Source of the DNA: Thecamonas trahens ATCC 50062
Taxonomy: Eukaryota > Protista > Apusomonadida
Length of the DNA: 63,708 bases
Direction: 5' to 3'
NCBI RefSeq assembly: GCF_000142905.1
Contig: NW_013657651.1
Location: 248,001-311,708, forward strand
Made by a program: the position numbers and the translations under genes. Below are positions 44,800 to 55,764 of the stretch, in pieces. The stretch's first letter is position 1; every line of letters begins with the position of its first letter. Under the pieces are notes generated by a model. The model worked only from the letters and a program-made list of their open reading frames with translations, had not been told where the DNA came from and did not search any database.

Positions 44800-47700
44800 T
44801 TATGCCCATTCGACACTGCCGATGGGGCGGACGCGGTGCTGGGCGAGGCGATGGCTGACCCAGTTGCGGAGATCGTTGGCGAACCAGAACTGGCTGCCGT
44901 CGGACTTGTAGAGGAGCGGCTCGAGAGCTTCGAGGGTGAGGGCGGCAGAGGGCTTGAAGGTCTTGGCGTACCACCGCTCGAGCTCGGCGACCTGGACGTC
45001 CGAGTAGCCGGCCCGGGAGAGGCCAATAAAGTTGAGCGACTGCGAGGTACCCGACGGCGACGAGCCGCGCGAGGTAAAGGTGGTAAACGGCAGAACGTCG
45101 CGGACGACAGAGGTGCCAAGGCCGACCATGCAGTACGGGCCGATGGTGGAGAACTGGTGGACCTGCGAGTTGATGCCGACGTTGGCGTTGCGCATGACCC
45201 GGCAGTAGCCGCCAAACTGGACCGAGCACGTGACGGTCACGTTGTCCTCAATCACCATGTCGTGCGCAATGTGCGCGTAGTTCATAAAGTAGCACTTGTT
45301 GCCAATCTTGGTCACCGCCTCGTACTTGGGAGGCTCGCCCTCGGGCGCGTGGACGTTGACGTACTCGCGGAACACGTTCTCGTTGCCGATCACAATGCCG
45401 CCGGTCGGCGGCGTCCGCGTCACGTAGTCCTCGGGCCAGAGCCCCACCACGCAGTGCGACGAGAACTCGTTGCGCGATCCGACAACGACGTCAGGACCCA
45501 CAAAGTGGCAGAACGCCCCGACGTCGTTCTCCTCGCCAAACCGCACCCCAGACTCAATCTGCACGTGTGATCCAATCTTGGTACGCGCACCAATGACCGC
45601 ACCCGAGCGGATGATCGAGAACGCGCCCACAGAGACGCCAGCGCCAAGCACCGCGCCGTCCTCCACAATCGCCATCGGCGCAATCGTCACGCCCGGGCCC
45701 ACTCGGGCGCCCGGGCTCACCAAAGAGGTCGGCATCGGCTGCGCAGGCGCAGTCGTCACCGCAGCGCGCACCGGAGCGGCGTATGCCGCTGGCGCCGGCG
45801 CCGGCGGTGCCGCCGATGCATGAGCCGGCGCGGTGCCTGCCGGCGCCTGAACGCCCAGTGAGACCAGGTGACCAGCCATGGCTGCAATGTTCGGCTGCTC
45901 AAAGAGGACCATGCCGCTCAGCTCGACGCCAAAGGCCTCGTTGAGCCGGGTCCGGAGCGTGGCCGACGCCAGCGAGTCGACGCCCAGCTGCGCAAACGGC
46001 GCCTGCCGGTCAAAGCCGTACGGCCGGGCGGCACCCACAAGCTCGCCAACCACGTCCTCGACACGGGCCTCGACACCCGCCGTAGCCGGGGCAGCGACCG
46101 GAGCAGCGGTAGCAGCCGATGCCGCTGACGCGTGAGCCGGCGCGGCGACCGCCGCCGGCGCCTGCACGCCCAGTGAGACCAGGTGACCAGCCATGGCTGC
46201 AATGTTCGGCTGCTCAAAGAGGACCATGCCGCTCAGCTCGACGCCAAAGGCCTCGTTGAGCCGGGTCCGGAGCGTGGCCGACGCCAGCGAGTCGACGCCC
46301 AGCTGCGCAAACGGCGCCTGCCGGTCAAAGCCGTACGGCCGGGCGGCACCCACAAGCTCGCCAACCACGTCCTCGACACGGGCCTCGACACCCGCCGTAG
46401 CCGGGGCAGCGACCGGAGCAGCGGTAGCAGCCGATGCCGCTGACGCGTGAGCCGGCGCGGCGACCGCCGCCGGCGCCTGCACGCCCAGTGAGACCAGGTG
46501 ACCAGCCATGGCTGCAATGTTCGGCTGCTCAAAGAGGACCATGCCGCTCAGCTCGACGCCAAAGGCCTCGTTGAGCCGGGTCCGGAGCGTGGCCGACGCC
46601 AGCGAGTCGACGCCCAGCTGCGCAAACGGCGCCTGCCGGTCAAAGCCGTACGGCCGGGCGGCACCCACAAGCTCGCCAACCACGTCCTCGACACGGGCCT
46701 CAACACCTGCGACAGCCGGGGCAGCAACCGGAGCAGCGGCAGCAGCCGGGGCAGCGGCAGCGGCAGCGACCAGTTCGACCACCGTCGACGTTGACGGCGT
46801 CATCGACGACGCCGCAAACGCAGCCCAGTCGACCTCAAACATGCCGATCGATGATGCGGCGTTGTCGGCGGCCAACAGCTGGCCAAGGCCCATGAAAGCC
46901 TGAGTCGGGTCCAGGAAGCCGAAGCCCTGCGAGCGCCAGTAGCGCTCAAAGGCCGGGCCGAGCTCGGACGCCATGCCGTCATCGGCAAACGTGCACCAGT
47001 TGACGCTGAGCGCCGGCAGGCCGGCGCGGTGGCGGAAGGCAGCCAGGCCGTCGAGGTACGCGTTTGCTGCCGCGTAGTGGGTCAGCTGCGCGTAGCCAAG
47101 GACGGCGTAAACCGACGAGAAGAGAACAAAGGCGTCGAGCTCCAGAGCGAGCGCATCAGCCGCAGCATGCAGCGCCCATCCGCCAACAACCTTGGCGCTG
47201 AGGACGCGCTCGAACCGCGCCGGCTCCATGCCGACGGCAAAGCCGTCATCGAGGATGCCGGCAAGATGCAAGATGGCCGAGATCTTGACGCCTGCGGCGC
47301 GGGCCCCATCGCGGAGCGCGGTAAGACCAAAGACAACCTCCTCTGGCTTGGACACGTCACACTGCGCCAGCGAGAGAGTCACGCCCTGGCCGCCGAGCTC
47401 GGCGACGACGGCGGCGGCAGCACCGTCCAGCTCCTCCAGCGATGCCTTGGACCGCGAGAGAATGCCGATGCGCTTGACGCCAACCCGCGCCAGCCAGCGC
47501 AGGACATGGCGGCCGAGGCCGCCGAGGGCGCCGGTCACAACCACCATACCGGAGTCGGCGGCACCAAGTGCAGCGCAGACTGCGTCGGCGGCCACGCCGC
47601 CGGCAGGAACCTGGGCCCGGACAAGACGGGTGGCGTACACAGAGGTACCGCGGAGCGCAATCTCCATGACCTGTGTCACAGCGCCACCGACAACGCCATC

Positions 47701-50700
47701 AGCACCCAGGACCCGGCCGAGGACGCTGCCCTCAAACGCCACCTCACCGGCAGCGCCCGGGCAAAGATCGATGATACCGACCTTGGCCCACGAGCTCTGC
47801 TCGCGAGCGAGGACCCGGAAGAACGACCAGACGCACTGCTCAAGCGCGCCTTCGTGGCCGTCAGCAGGCGCGCCCGCCGGCGGTGCAACAGGAGCCGCGT
47901 TGCGGGTCAGGACTGCAACCGTGGCAATAGAGGCCAGTGCCGGCGTCGCCGCCACCGCCTGCACACCCGCAAGCACGTCGAGGAGCCAGGCTGACATGGC
48001 GACACCCGACGACGATGCCTTGGCCGGCGCCGGCGCAAAGATGACCGCCCACTTGCTGGCGTTTGCAGCAGAGCCGGCGGCCGCAGCTGCGTCGAGTGCG
48101 GCGCGGAGCGCGTTGTTGCCGCCCGAGAGTGGAACGGCCGCGCCCGAGCCGGGTGCCATGCTGGCGATGAGGGCCGAGCCGTAGGCGACGTCGTCGCCGA
48201 GGACAATGACAAAGGTGCCCGAGCCGGCAAGGCCCGCGCCGGTGACTGGGCCGATCGGGATGTACTGGGTCTCGTACACGTGGTCGGCGACGTAGGTCGA
48301 GGCCTCGACAAGGCGGGAAGGAGCGGTAGCGTCGCTGCGAGCTGCGCCGGCGCCGGCGGCCGACGGCTTGAGCTTGAACTTTTGGATCTTGCCCGAGGCG
48401 GTCATCGGGAGCTGGTCGGCAAACTCGTACACGACCGGGGCTTTGTAGCGGGCAAGGTTAGCAGCACAGAGTTCGCGGAGCGCGGCCTCGACGGCGACCT
48501 CCTGACCAAGCGCGTCCGGGTTGAGGACGATGATGGCCTTGACAATCTCCTCCATGACAGGGTCGGGCTGGGCGACGACCGCGGCCATGCGGACCTGCGG
48601 GGCGCGGTAGAGGATGTTCTCGACCTCTGCGCAGTACACGTTCTCACCGCCGGTAAGAATCATGTTCTTGGCGCGGTCGACGACTCGCAGGTAGCCGTGG
48701 TCGAGGGCGACGGCAAGGTCGCCAGTCTTGAAGTAGCCGTCCGAGGTAAAGGCCTCGGCGTTGGCGTCGGGCCGGTTCCAGTAGCCAGAGAAGACGGTCG
48801 GGCCGCGAATGTGGACCTCACCGACGGTCTTGCCGTCAGCCGGAACGGGAGCACCGGTCTCGGGATCAACAATGCGGACGTCCATGAGGAGGAACGGGCG
48901 ACCAGAGGTGGTGATGAACTCGGCGGCGCCGTCGCCGAGGGCGGCAACGGCTGGGGTGACGAGCGAGAACGAGATCTTGCCGCAGCACTCGGTCATACCG
49001 TACGAGATGAAAAAGGTGACCTGCTCGCCAAACCGCTCAAAGACGCGGCGAACCATTTCGGACGGGAGCGGCGAGCCGCCGCACGACATCAGCCGCATCG
49101 AGGTGAGGTCCAGCGGCTCGAGCATGGTTGCCGGCAGCGACATCATCATGGTCACCATGGTCGACGCAAAGTTGGTGATGGAAACTCGATGGTCCGAGAC
49201 GATGCCGAGCGCGCCAAGCGGGTCAAAGGTCCGCGAGATGATGTGCGTGCCACCAACCCAAGTGATGACGTAGATGGCAAAGGCATCGACAAGATGGAAC
49301 ATGGGCGCAAAGTGGCCCCATACGTCGCGGCCGGTGATGGAGAACTCGGCGGCAGCGCCGAGTGCATGCATGGTCACAATCTTGTTGGAGAGGACCACGC
49401 CCTTGGGGAAGCCGGTCGTGCCCGAGGTGTAGTACATCTGGTAGCCGTCTGACGGCGAGGCGGGGCCGACCGGGAGCGCGAGCGGCGCAAAGCCTGACAA
49501 GGTTCCGGCCACCATCTGGGTGTAGGTGTACTCGGCGACCGTGAACGGGGCGCCGCGGGTGAGCGGCAGGCTGAGGGCGGCGTCCTCGGCCTCGGACGGC
49601 GAGACCCAGACGATGCCACCAAGCGAGAGCGCTGCCTGGGCGCCGTCCCAGTGGCCGCCGGCGAGGATGTCGGCGACAACCGGAGCGTACTCGCTGTCCA
49701 CCACCAGCCAGTGCGGCGAGGCGTCGCCAAGAATGAAACCGTGCTCAGCGGCGACAAGGCCGGTGTTGAGGTTGAGGACGACCGAGCGGAGGCCAGCCGC
49801 GGCAAAGTGGAGCTCGTAGACAACAGCCGAGTTGCGGCACAGGACGCCGATGCGGACCTGGCGGAGCGCGGTAGCGCCGCCGGACGACGCTGCCGCGAGC
49901 GACGACGCAATGTTGCGGACGCGGTCATAGACCTGGCCGTAGGTGTGCTCGGTGCCACGGGTGACGTCACGGACGCCGACGGTGGACGAGCCGAGCGCGA
50001 CGGCACGCTCGAGCATGTCCCACGGGTCGACACCGGCAGGCATGATGTCCTCGGAAGCCGGAGGCGGGGTCGGGGTCGGTGGCGAGCGGGCCGGCACAGG
50101 AAGACTCGCAGACGCAGGCGCGGGCGTGGGCGAGCCAGACACGGCCTGATCAACCATGGGCGAAAAGGCGGCAGTGCGGGCGCGCGACGAGAGCACGCCA
50201 CGCGAAAAGTGGGTCATGGTCGAGTAGTCGACCTCGACCTCGAGGAGCATCGAGGTGGAGGCCGCGGCGGCCGCGGCGGCAGCAGCGGAGAGGCCGGCGG
50301 TGGTGTCGACGTGGGCATAGCCAAGGCCAAAGGCCTTGGCCAGGGCAGCGAGGTTGTACTTGGGCAGGACAGTGCAGAACGGAGTCCGGCCCACAAACCG
50401 CTGGAGGCCGGACATCATGCCGAGCTCGTGGTCGCGGAGGACAACGACGGTGACCGGAAGCGGAGCGTTGACAAGGGTCGCCATCTCAAGGCCGGTCATG
50501 AGAAAAGCGCCGTCTCCAACCAGCGCAACGGCGTGGGTGTTGGTAGGCGCGGCGCCGGCGCCGAGGGCAGCCGGCACGCAGTAGCCCATGGACGAGTAGT
50601 CTGTGGGCGAGAGGATGCGGGTGGGCGCGTCGAGGACAAGGTGCTCCATGGCGAGCACAGTGCCGTTGCCCGAGTCGGTGACGTAGACGGTGGTCTGAGA

Positions 50701-53329
50701 CGGGAAGGCGGTCTGGAGCGCGGCGAAGAGTGCAGCGGGAGGAAGGGCGGTGACGCCCGACGCCGACGCGGTCCGCTCGCTCATCTCGGGCGCCGAGAGG
50801 GCCGGCCAGAGGGTGGCGCGGGCGGTGGCGAGGCGCGGATGAATCGACGACTGGGCGGTGGCGAGGCAGGCGGCGCGAACGCCGGCGGCAGCACGCGACT
50901 CGAGCTCGGCGACGAGGGCAGCGACGAGGGCCGAGGAGTCGGCCCGGACAGGAACGGCGTCCATGTGGGCACCGGGCACGGCCGGGTTGATGTCCACATG
51001 AAAAGTGACCCGCTTCGGCGCGGTCCGGTAGTGGGCCGAGGCCATTTCGGACATGCGGGCGCCGAGAATGACGACAACATCGACAGGCTCGACAAACTCG
51101 CGGAGGACCGACGGAACCTGGGCGCCAAAGCCCGGCCAAACAAAGCCGGGGCTCGACTCGGGGTACACACCCTTGCCAGAAAAGGTCGAGGTGAAGAGGG
51201 CACCGGTGAGGCGGCCGAGGGCAAGAAGGGCTGCGGGCTCGACGCCCGCAGCGCCGAGACCGACGTGGAAGAGCGGCGGGTAGGCTGAGTTGAGAAGGGC
51301 AGCGGCAATGCCTCGGATCTGGGCAGCGGTAATGGGCGGCGGAGCGAGCTCAAGACCAGCCGGCAGGGCGAGCCCGGCGGCGGCGTCGGGCACGAGCTGC
51401 GCGCCCGAAGCTACCGAGAGCGGGACCGAGACAAAGACCGGACCGGGCGTGCCCGAGACGGCGAGAGCGGCAGCTGAGGCGAGGGTGCGGACAAGGCTGT
51501 GCGGGTGCTCGACGGCAAGCGCGCCCTTGGAGATGGGCGCGGCGACGGCGGCGTACCAGCTGGCAACACGGGCCTCGTGGGGGGCTGGAGCGTCGGCCTC
51601 AAGCGAGACAACCACGAGCGGGGCGTTGTCCATGTGCGCCTCGCCGACGCCGGAGAAGACAGCCGGGAGGACGTCAACGCTCGGCGCGACGAGGGCGACG
51701 CCGACGGCCTGGCACCGCTGCGAGCGAGCATAGCCGTCAAGCATGAAGCCGGCCGACTGGTTGTCGGTGACGGCGCGGACGTCGAGGCCGGCAGCGGTGG
51801 CTGGCGCCTTCCAGCCGAAGCCTGCCCATGCATGGGTGACAAAGGCGAGGGCGGGACCCGGCGAGTCACTCATGGCAGCGAGGGCAGCAAAGAGGGTGTC
51901 AAGCGCCGGGAGGTCAAGAGCAGCCGGGAGCGGAGTGGCGAGAGCCGGCTCGGTCAGCTCGACAATGACGACCGAGCCCGCAGAGGCGGCCAGGGCAGCG
52001 GCGTCGGCGAGCGAAGCACCGACAGCAAAGCGGGCCGAGACGCCTTCGGCAAAGGCGGCCAGGTCGACGGCCGGCGGGGCGGAACCGTTGGCCAGCGGCG
52101 CGGTGCGTGGAAGGACGGCGACGACAAGCGGCGCGTTGGCGGCAGCGGCGGTGACCAGCTCCATGCCAGTGGCGAGCAGGTCGTCACGCGAGGTGACGAC
52201 GCAGGTCGGAGCCTTGGCGGCGGCGTCGGAGCCATAGGCGGCGCGCCAGAGAGCGGCGCCGATGCCGGTGCAGAGCGTGCCGGGGCTCTCGATGACAAGC
52301 GTCGACGTGCCCTCAAGGAGGCACGACTGGACGCCGGCGGAGGCGGTGGCCGGAGTGAGCGACGGAAGGACGATGACGCCAAACGGCGCGAGGTCGGTGG
52401 GCACGGCGGAAGCAAGAGCTTGGAGCTCCGCGGCTGGGCGCGAGGCAAGCACCGGGTATGCCCCGTAGGCAGCAGCAAGGTCTACGGCGGCAGCGGCAAT
52501 GGCGGCGTCGAGGGCAGCGGCGTCGCAGGCATGCATCGAGTTGAGCATGTCCGAGGGGATTTCGACCGCGACCGGGCCCGGGGCGCCGCCGGCAGCCGGC
52601 GACGGGTCCATGGCCAGCTTTGCGGCATGGAGCAAAAGCTTGGGAATGGCCTCACCTGAGGCAGGCGCGAAGACGTCCTTGACCATGGGGCGGAGAAGGG
52701 CCTGGTTGTCGACATCGTGGAGCTGATAGGCGTCCGAAGCAACAGCCGAGTTCGAGGGCGATCGGCGAGCACCTGTGGTGACCACCAGCATGGGCGCTGA
52801 GGCCAGAGCAGCAGCAGCGATACCAGGCAGGGCATGGGTGATGCCCGGACCGCCGATGATGTTGACAACAGGGAGCGCTGGAGCACCGGCAGCCACCGAT
52901 GCGGCCCATGCGCCATTTGCCATGAAACCGGCCGACTCTTCGTTGCCGATGAGGGCGATGGACGGAGAGGCCTCCGTCAGCGACGCCAGAGCCTCATACA
53001 TCTACAGAAACCAGACCATATCATGCAAGTGAGTCTTCCCGAGGTGTAGTGCGTGGTACAGAGTGGTCGGCATCGGTGTGCGGCTTGCTGTAGCCATGGG
53101 AAGGCGGCAGGAAACGAAGCAAAAGGTGCGTAACATCCGCCACAAGCCGTCCAGGCCACCATACCTCCAGTGGCCAGGGGGACAGAGAAGGAGCATGACG
53201 GGAGAGGGAGAATAAACGGCTTCGTACCTTGAGGTTCTGGACACCAGGAATGCCCATGACAAGCGAGGCTCCCGCAGCCTCCATGCCGAGGGCCACCAGG
53301 GCGTCCCCGCGCTTGGTCGACGTGCTCAT
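44800..53329 (-). CDS. KS-less megasynthase (~2,767 aa): tandem ThDP/acetolactate-synthase-like region, adenylation domain, ketoreductase, ACP x3, LpxA-like acyltransferase
   Basis: Exon 1 53228-53329 (…MGIPGVQNLK); intron 53002-53227 (GTACGA...TGTAG, phase 0); then a 2733-codon ORF. Motifs: NEESAGFMA, GSMG-like YSSMGYCVPAALG, GDGAFLMTGLE; YTSGTTGFPKG, YGMTE, TGDL, GKIQK; TGALGGLG, LDD, YAAAN; GVDSL x3; hexapeptide repeats, AHIAHD, VHQF. Confidence 0.92.
45851..46701. repeat. 315-bp tandem repeat (2.7 copies) encoding three ACP domains
   Basis: Blocks starting at 45851, 46166 and 46481 look identical; Ser codons of the DSL motif lie at 45973, 46288 and 46603. Confidence 0.93.
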
Positions 53330-53400
53330 TCTCCCAAGTGATGTGGCAGTCGTTGAGGCGGGTGGAGAGGGGAGGGGGGGGGGGGGAGGGGTTCGGCCGG

Positions 53401-54702
53401 CTAGGCAAGCGCAGAGGCTGGGGCGGGATCGTCAAAGAGCGAGTCGGTGCGGTTGGCCGGCGGGGTGACGACAACAAGGAGCGAGTCGGCAGAGATGCCG
53501 GCAAGGCGATCGAGCGAATCGATCGATGTGCCGCCGATGTCGAGGACCGAGAGCGTAGGCCGTGGTGGGACGCGCTCGATGCCGGGACAGCCCGAGACGT
53601 CGAGGACAGAGACATGGAGCGAGGCCAGCCCGGCCGAGGTGATGCTGGTGCAGCACGAGGCATACAGCGCACGAAGCTCCGTGAGTGGCGCGAGGGCGGC
53701 AAGAACCGCATCGTCGGCGGCGGTGTGCGATATGTCGAGTTCGGTGAGCGAGGTCAGCGCGCCGAGCATAGCCAGTGCCGGCGGAGTGAGGCTGGCGCAG
53801 TGCGCGAGTGAGAGCGATGTCAAATGTGAACAGCCAGCGATGACGGCGGCAAGGACGTCGTCGGTGGCACCCAAACACGCGTCGAGGTGCAGCTCGGTGA
53901 GCGCAGGCGCGGCCGAAATGACCGCCACGAGTGCAGCGGACTGCAGGCCAACATCACCCGCGTCAAAGACATCAAGCTGTGGCATCGACAGATGTCCGAG
54001 CAGCGGAGCGCCGGTCAGTTGTGGCGAGACGCAGCCGCGGAGCACCAGATCCTTGACCCCGGCAGCAAGACCGTTGTGTGCAAGGATGACTCCGAGCGCC
54101 GCGTCGGTGAGCAGCTCGGTCTGCGACAGATCCACCGCGGCCCACTCGGACTGGGCGCACGCCAGCAGCTTGGCCACCGCCACAAGCTTGGGCGCATCGT
54201 CAGGATCGTCCTCATCGCCCCAAACCAGCTCTTCCAGCGCCGGGCAGCCGACAACAACACTCGCGATGCCGACCATGGTCACACTGGGACACCCACCGAC
54301 GTTGAGCACCTTGAGCCCCGGTGCGATGACCGGAAGCTTGGCCAGCAGCGCGTCGTCGATAGCACGAACGACCGAGACGTTAAGCTCGACGAGACGAGTA
54401 AGGGCAGCAATGCCAGCCGTCAGTGCGTCGGAGGTGACCCACGACGAGCACCAAGAGAGGGAGAGGGAGTGCAGATCAGGGGCGGCAGTAGCAATGTGCG
54501 GCAGGAGCTCGTCCGCGTCGATGGCCTCTGTCTCGTCGAGCACCAGTCCTCCCAGAGCATCACACGCAGTTATCCATGCCATCAGCTCAGTCGAGGTCAA
54601 ACTCGCCTTGACATCATCTCCCACCACCATGGTCCCGCAGGCAGGAACTTGGCCCACTTGTTCGGCGCACGCCACTTCCACCCGGTGTGCGGCAGTGGAC
54701 AT
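53401..54702 (-). CDS. Leucine-rich repeat protein (RNI/FBXL/AMN1-like)
   Basis: Repeated LxxLxLxxCxxxTD units (LHSLSLSWC, LKVLNVGGC, LTSLSLAHC, LTELDISHT). Confidence 0.85.
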   Translation of the reverse strand: MSTAAHRVEVACAEQVGQVPACGTMVVGDDVKASLTSTELMAWITACDALGGLVLDETEAIDADELLPHIATAAPDLHSLSLSWCSSWVTSDALTAGIAALTRLVELNVSVVRAIDDALLAKLPVIAPGLKVLNVGGCPSVTMVGIASVVVGCPALEELVWGDEDDPDDAPKLVAVAKLLACAQSEWAAVDLSQTELLTDAALGVILAHNGLAAGVKDLVLRGCVSPQLTGAPLLGHLSMPQLDVFDAGDVGLQSAALVAVISAAPALTELHLDACLGATDDVLAAVIAGCSHLTSLSLAHCASLTPPALAMLGALTSLTELDISHTAADDAVLAALAPLTELRALYASCCTSITSAGLASLHVSVLDVSGCPGIERVPPRPTLSVLDIGGTSIDSLDRLAGISADSLLVVVTPPANRTDSLFDDPAPASALA

Positions 54703-54947
54703 GATGCGAGCAGGGGGGGTGGTGGGGATGGGTGTGTGTGGGTGTGTGGGGGGGGAGGAAGGGGGTGGGGGTGGAGAGTGTGGTGAGGTTGATGCAGGTG
54801 AGGGTGAGACAGATGGGGATAGCCGAGGAGATGTGCGAGGTGGGAGGGGACGTTGTGCTATGGGGAGAAACAGGTGGCGCGTGTCAGTGACGATGCATGC
54901 GGGTTGCAAAGAACAAAAAATATTGTGAGTTGGTGGAAGGGGGGGGG

Positions 54948-55461
54948 NNNNNNNNNNNNNNNNNNNNNNNNNNNNNNNNNNNNNNNNNNNNNNNNNNNNN
55001 NNNNNNNNNNNNNNNNNNNNNNNNNNNNNNNNNNNNNNNNNNNNNNNNNNNNNNNNNNNNNNNNNNNNNNNNNNNNNNNNNNNNNNNNNNNNNNNNNNNN
55101 NNNNNNNNNNNNNNNNNNNNNNNNNNNNNNNNNNNNNNNNNNNNNNNNNNNNNNNNNNNNNNNNNNNNNNNNNNNNNNNNNNNNNNNNNNNNNNNNNNNN
55201 NNNNNNNNNNNNNNNNNNNNNNNNNNNNNNNNNNNNNNNNNNNNNNNNNNNNNNNNNNNNNNNNNNNNNNNNNNNNNNNNNNNNNNNNNNNNNNNNNNNN
55301 NNNNNNNNNNNNNNNNNNNNNNNNNNNNNNNNNNNNNNNNNNNNNNNNNNNNNNNNNNNNNNNNNNNNNNNNNNNNNNNNNNNNNNNNNNNNNNNNNNNN
55401 NNNNNNNNNNNNNNNNNNNNNNNNNNNNNNNNNNNNNNNNNNNNNNNNNNNNNNNNNNNNN
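54948..55461. other. Assembly gap (N run)
   Basis: Run of n bases. Confidence 1.
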
Positions 55462-55764
55462 CCACGTATAGATGGAGATGGTTGGTGTGGGAGTTTGATG
55501 GTGTGGGGGGGTGGGGGGGGGGGAGGGGGGGAGGTGAATGTGATGAGTTCAGGCGTCACGGTGTGTGTGGGGTGTGGGTCTCTTTGGTTTGCCGAGTGAT
55601 GACCGAGAGAAAGCCCCCCACATGCCTCTTACACCGCGTTCCCACCAAATTGGCCAAACGTTGCTAGAAACGCAGTTCGTTGCAGACGCGGTGACGGATA
55701 CACTCGACGTTCCGCCGGTACGGCCCTTGCCCTCTCCTCGGCACCTTCACCTGCCTGTGCCTCG

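Noticed and set aside
49651-52659. Long plus-strand ORFs (545 aa and 386 aa) opposite the megasynthase
   Set aside because: Antisense shadows of a GC- and Ala-rich CDS; no independent features.
44800-53329. Megasynthase as bacterial contamination or a canonical PKS/NRPS
   Set aside because: It has an in-phase GT-AG intron and gap-free eukaryotic neighbours. No KS (DTACSS), AT (GHSxG), condensation (HHxxxDG) or TE motif was found.
53447-54928. 493-aa plus-strand ORF
   Set aside because: Antisense to the LRR gene; the Ser/Ala-rich translation is typical of a shadow frame.
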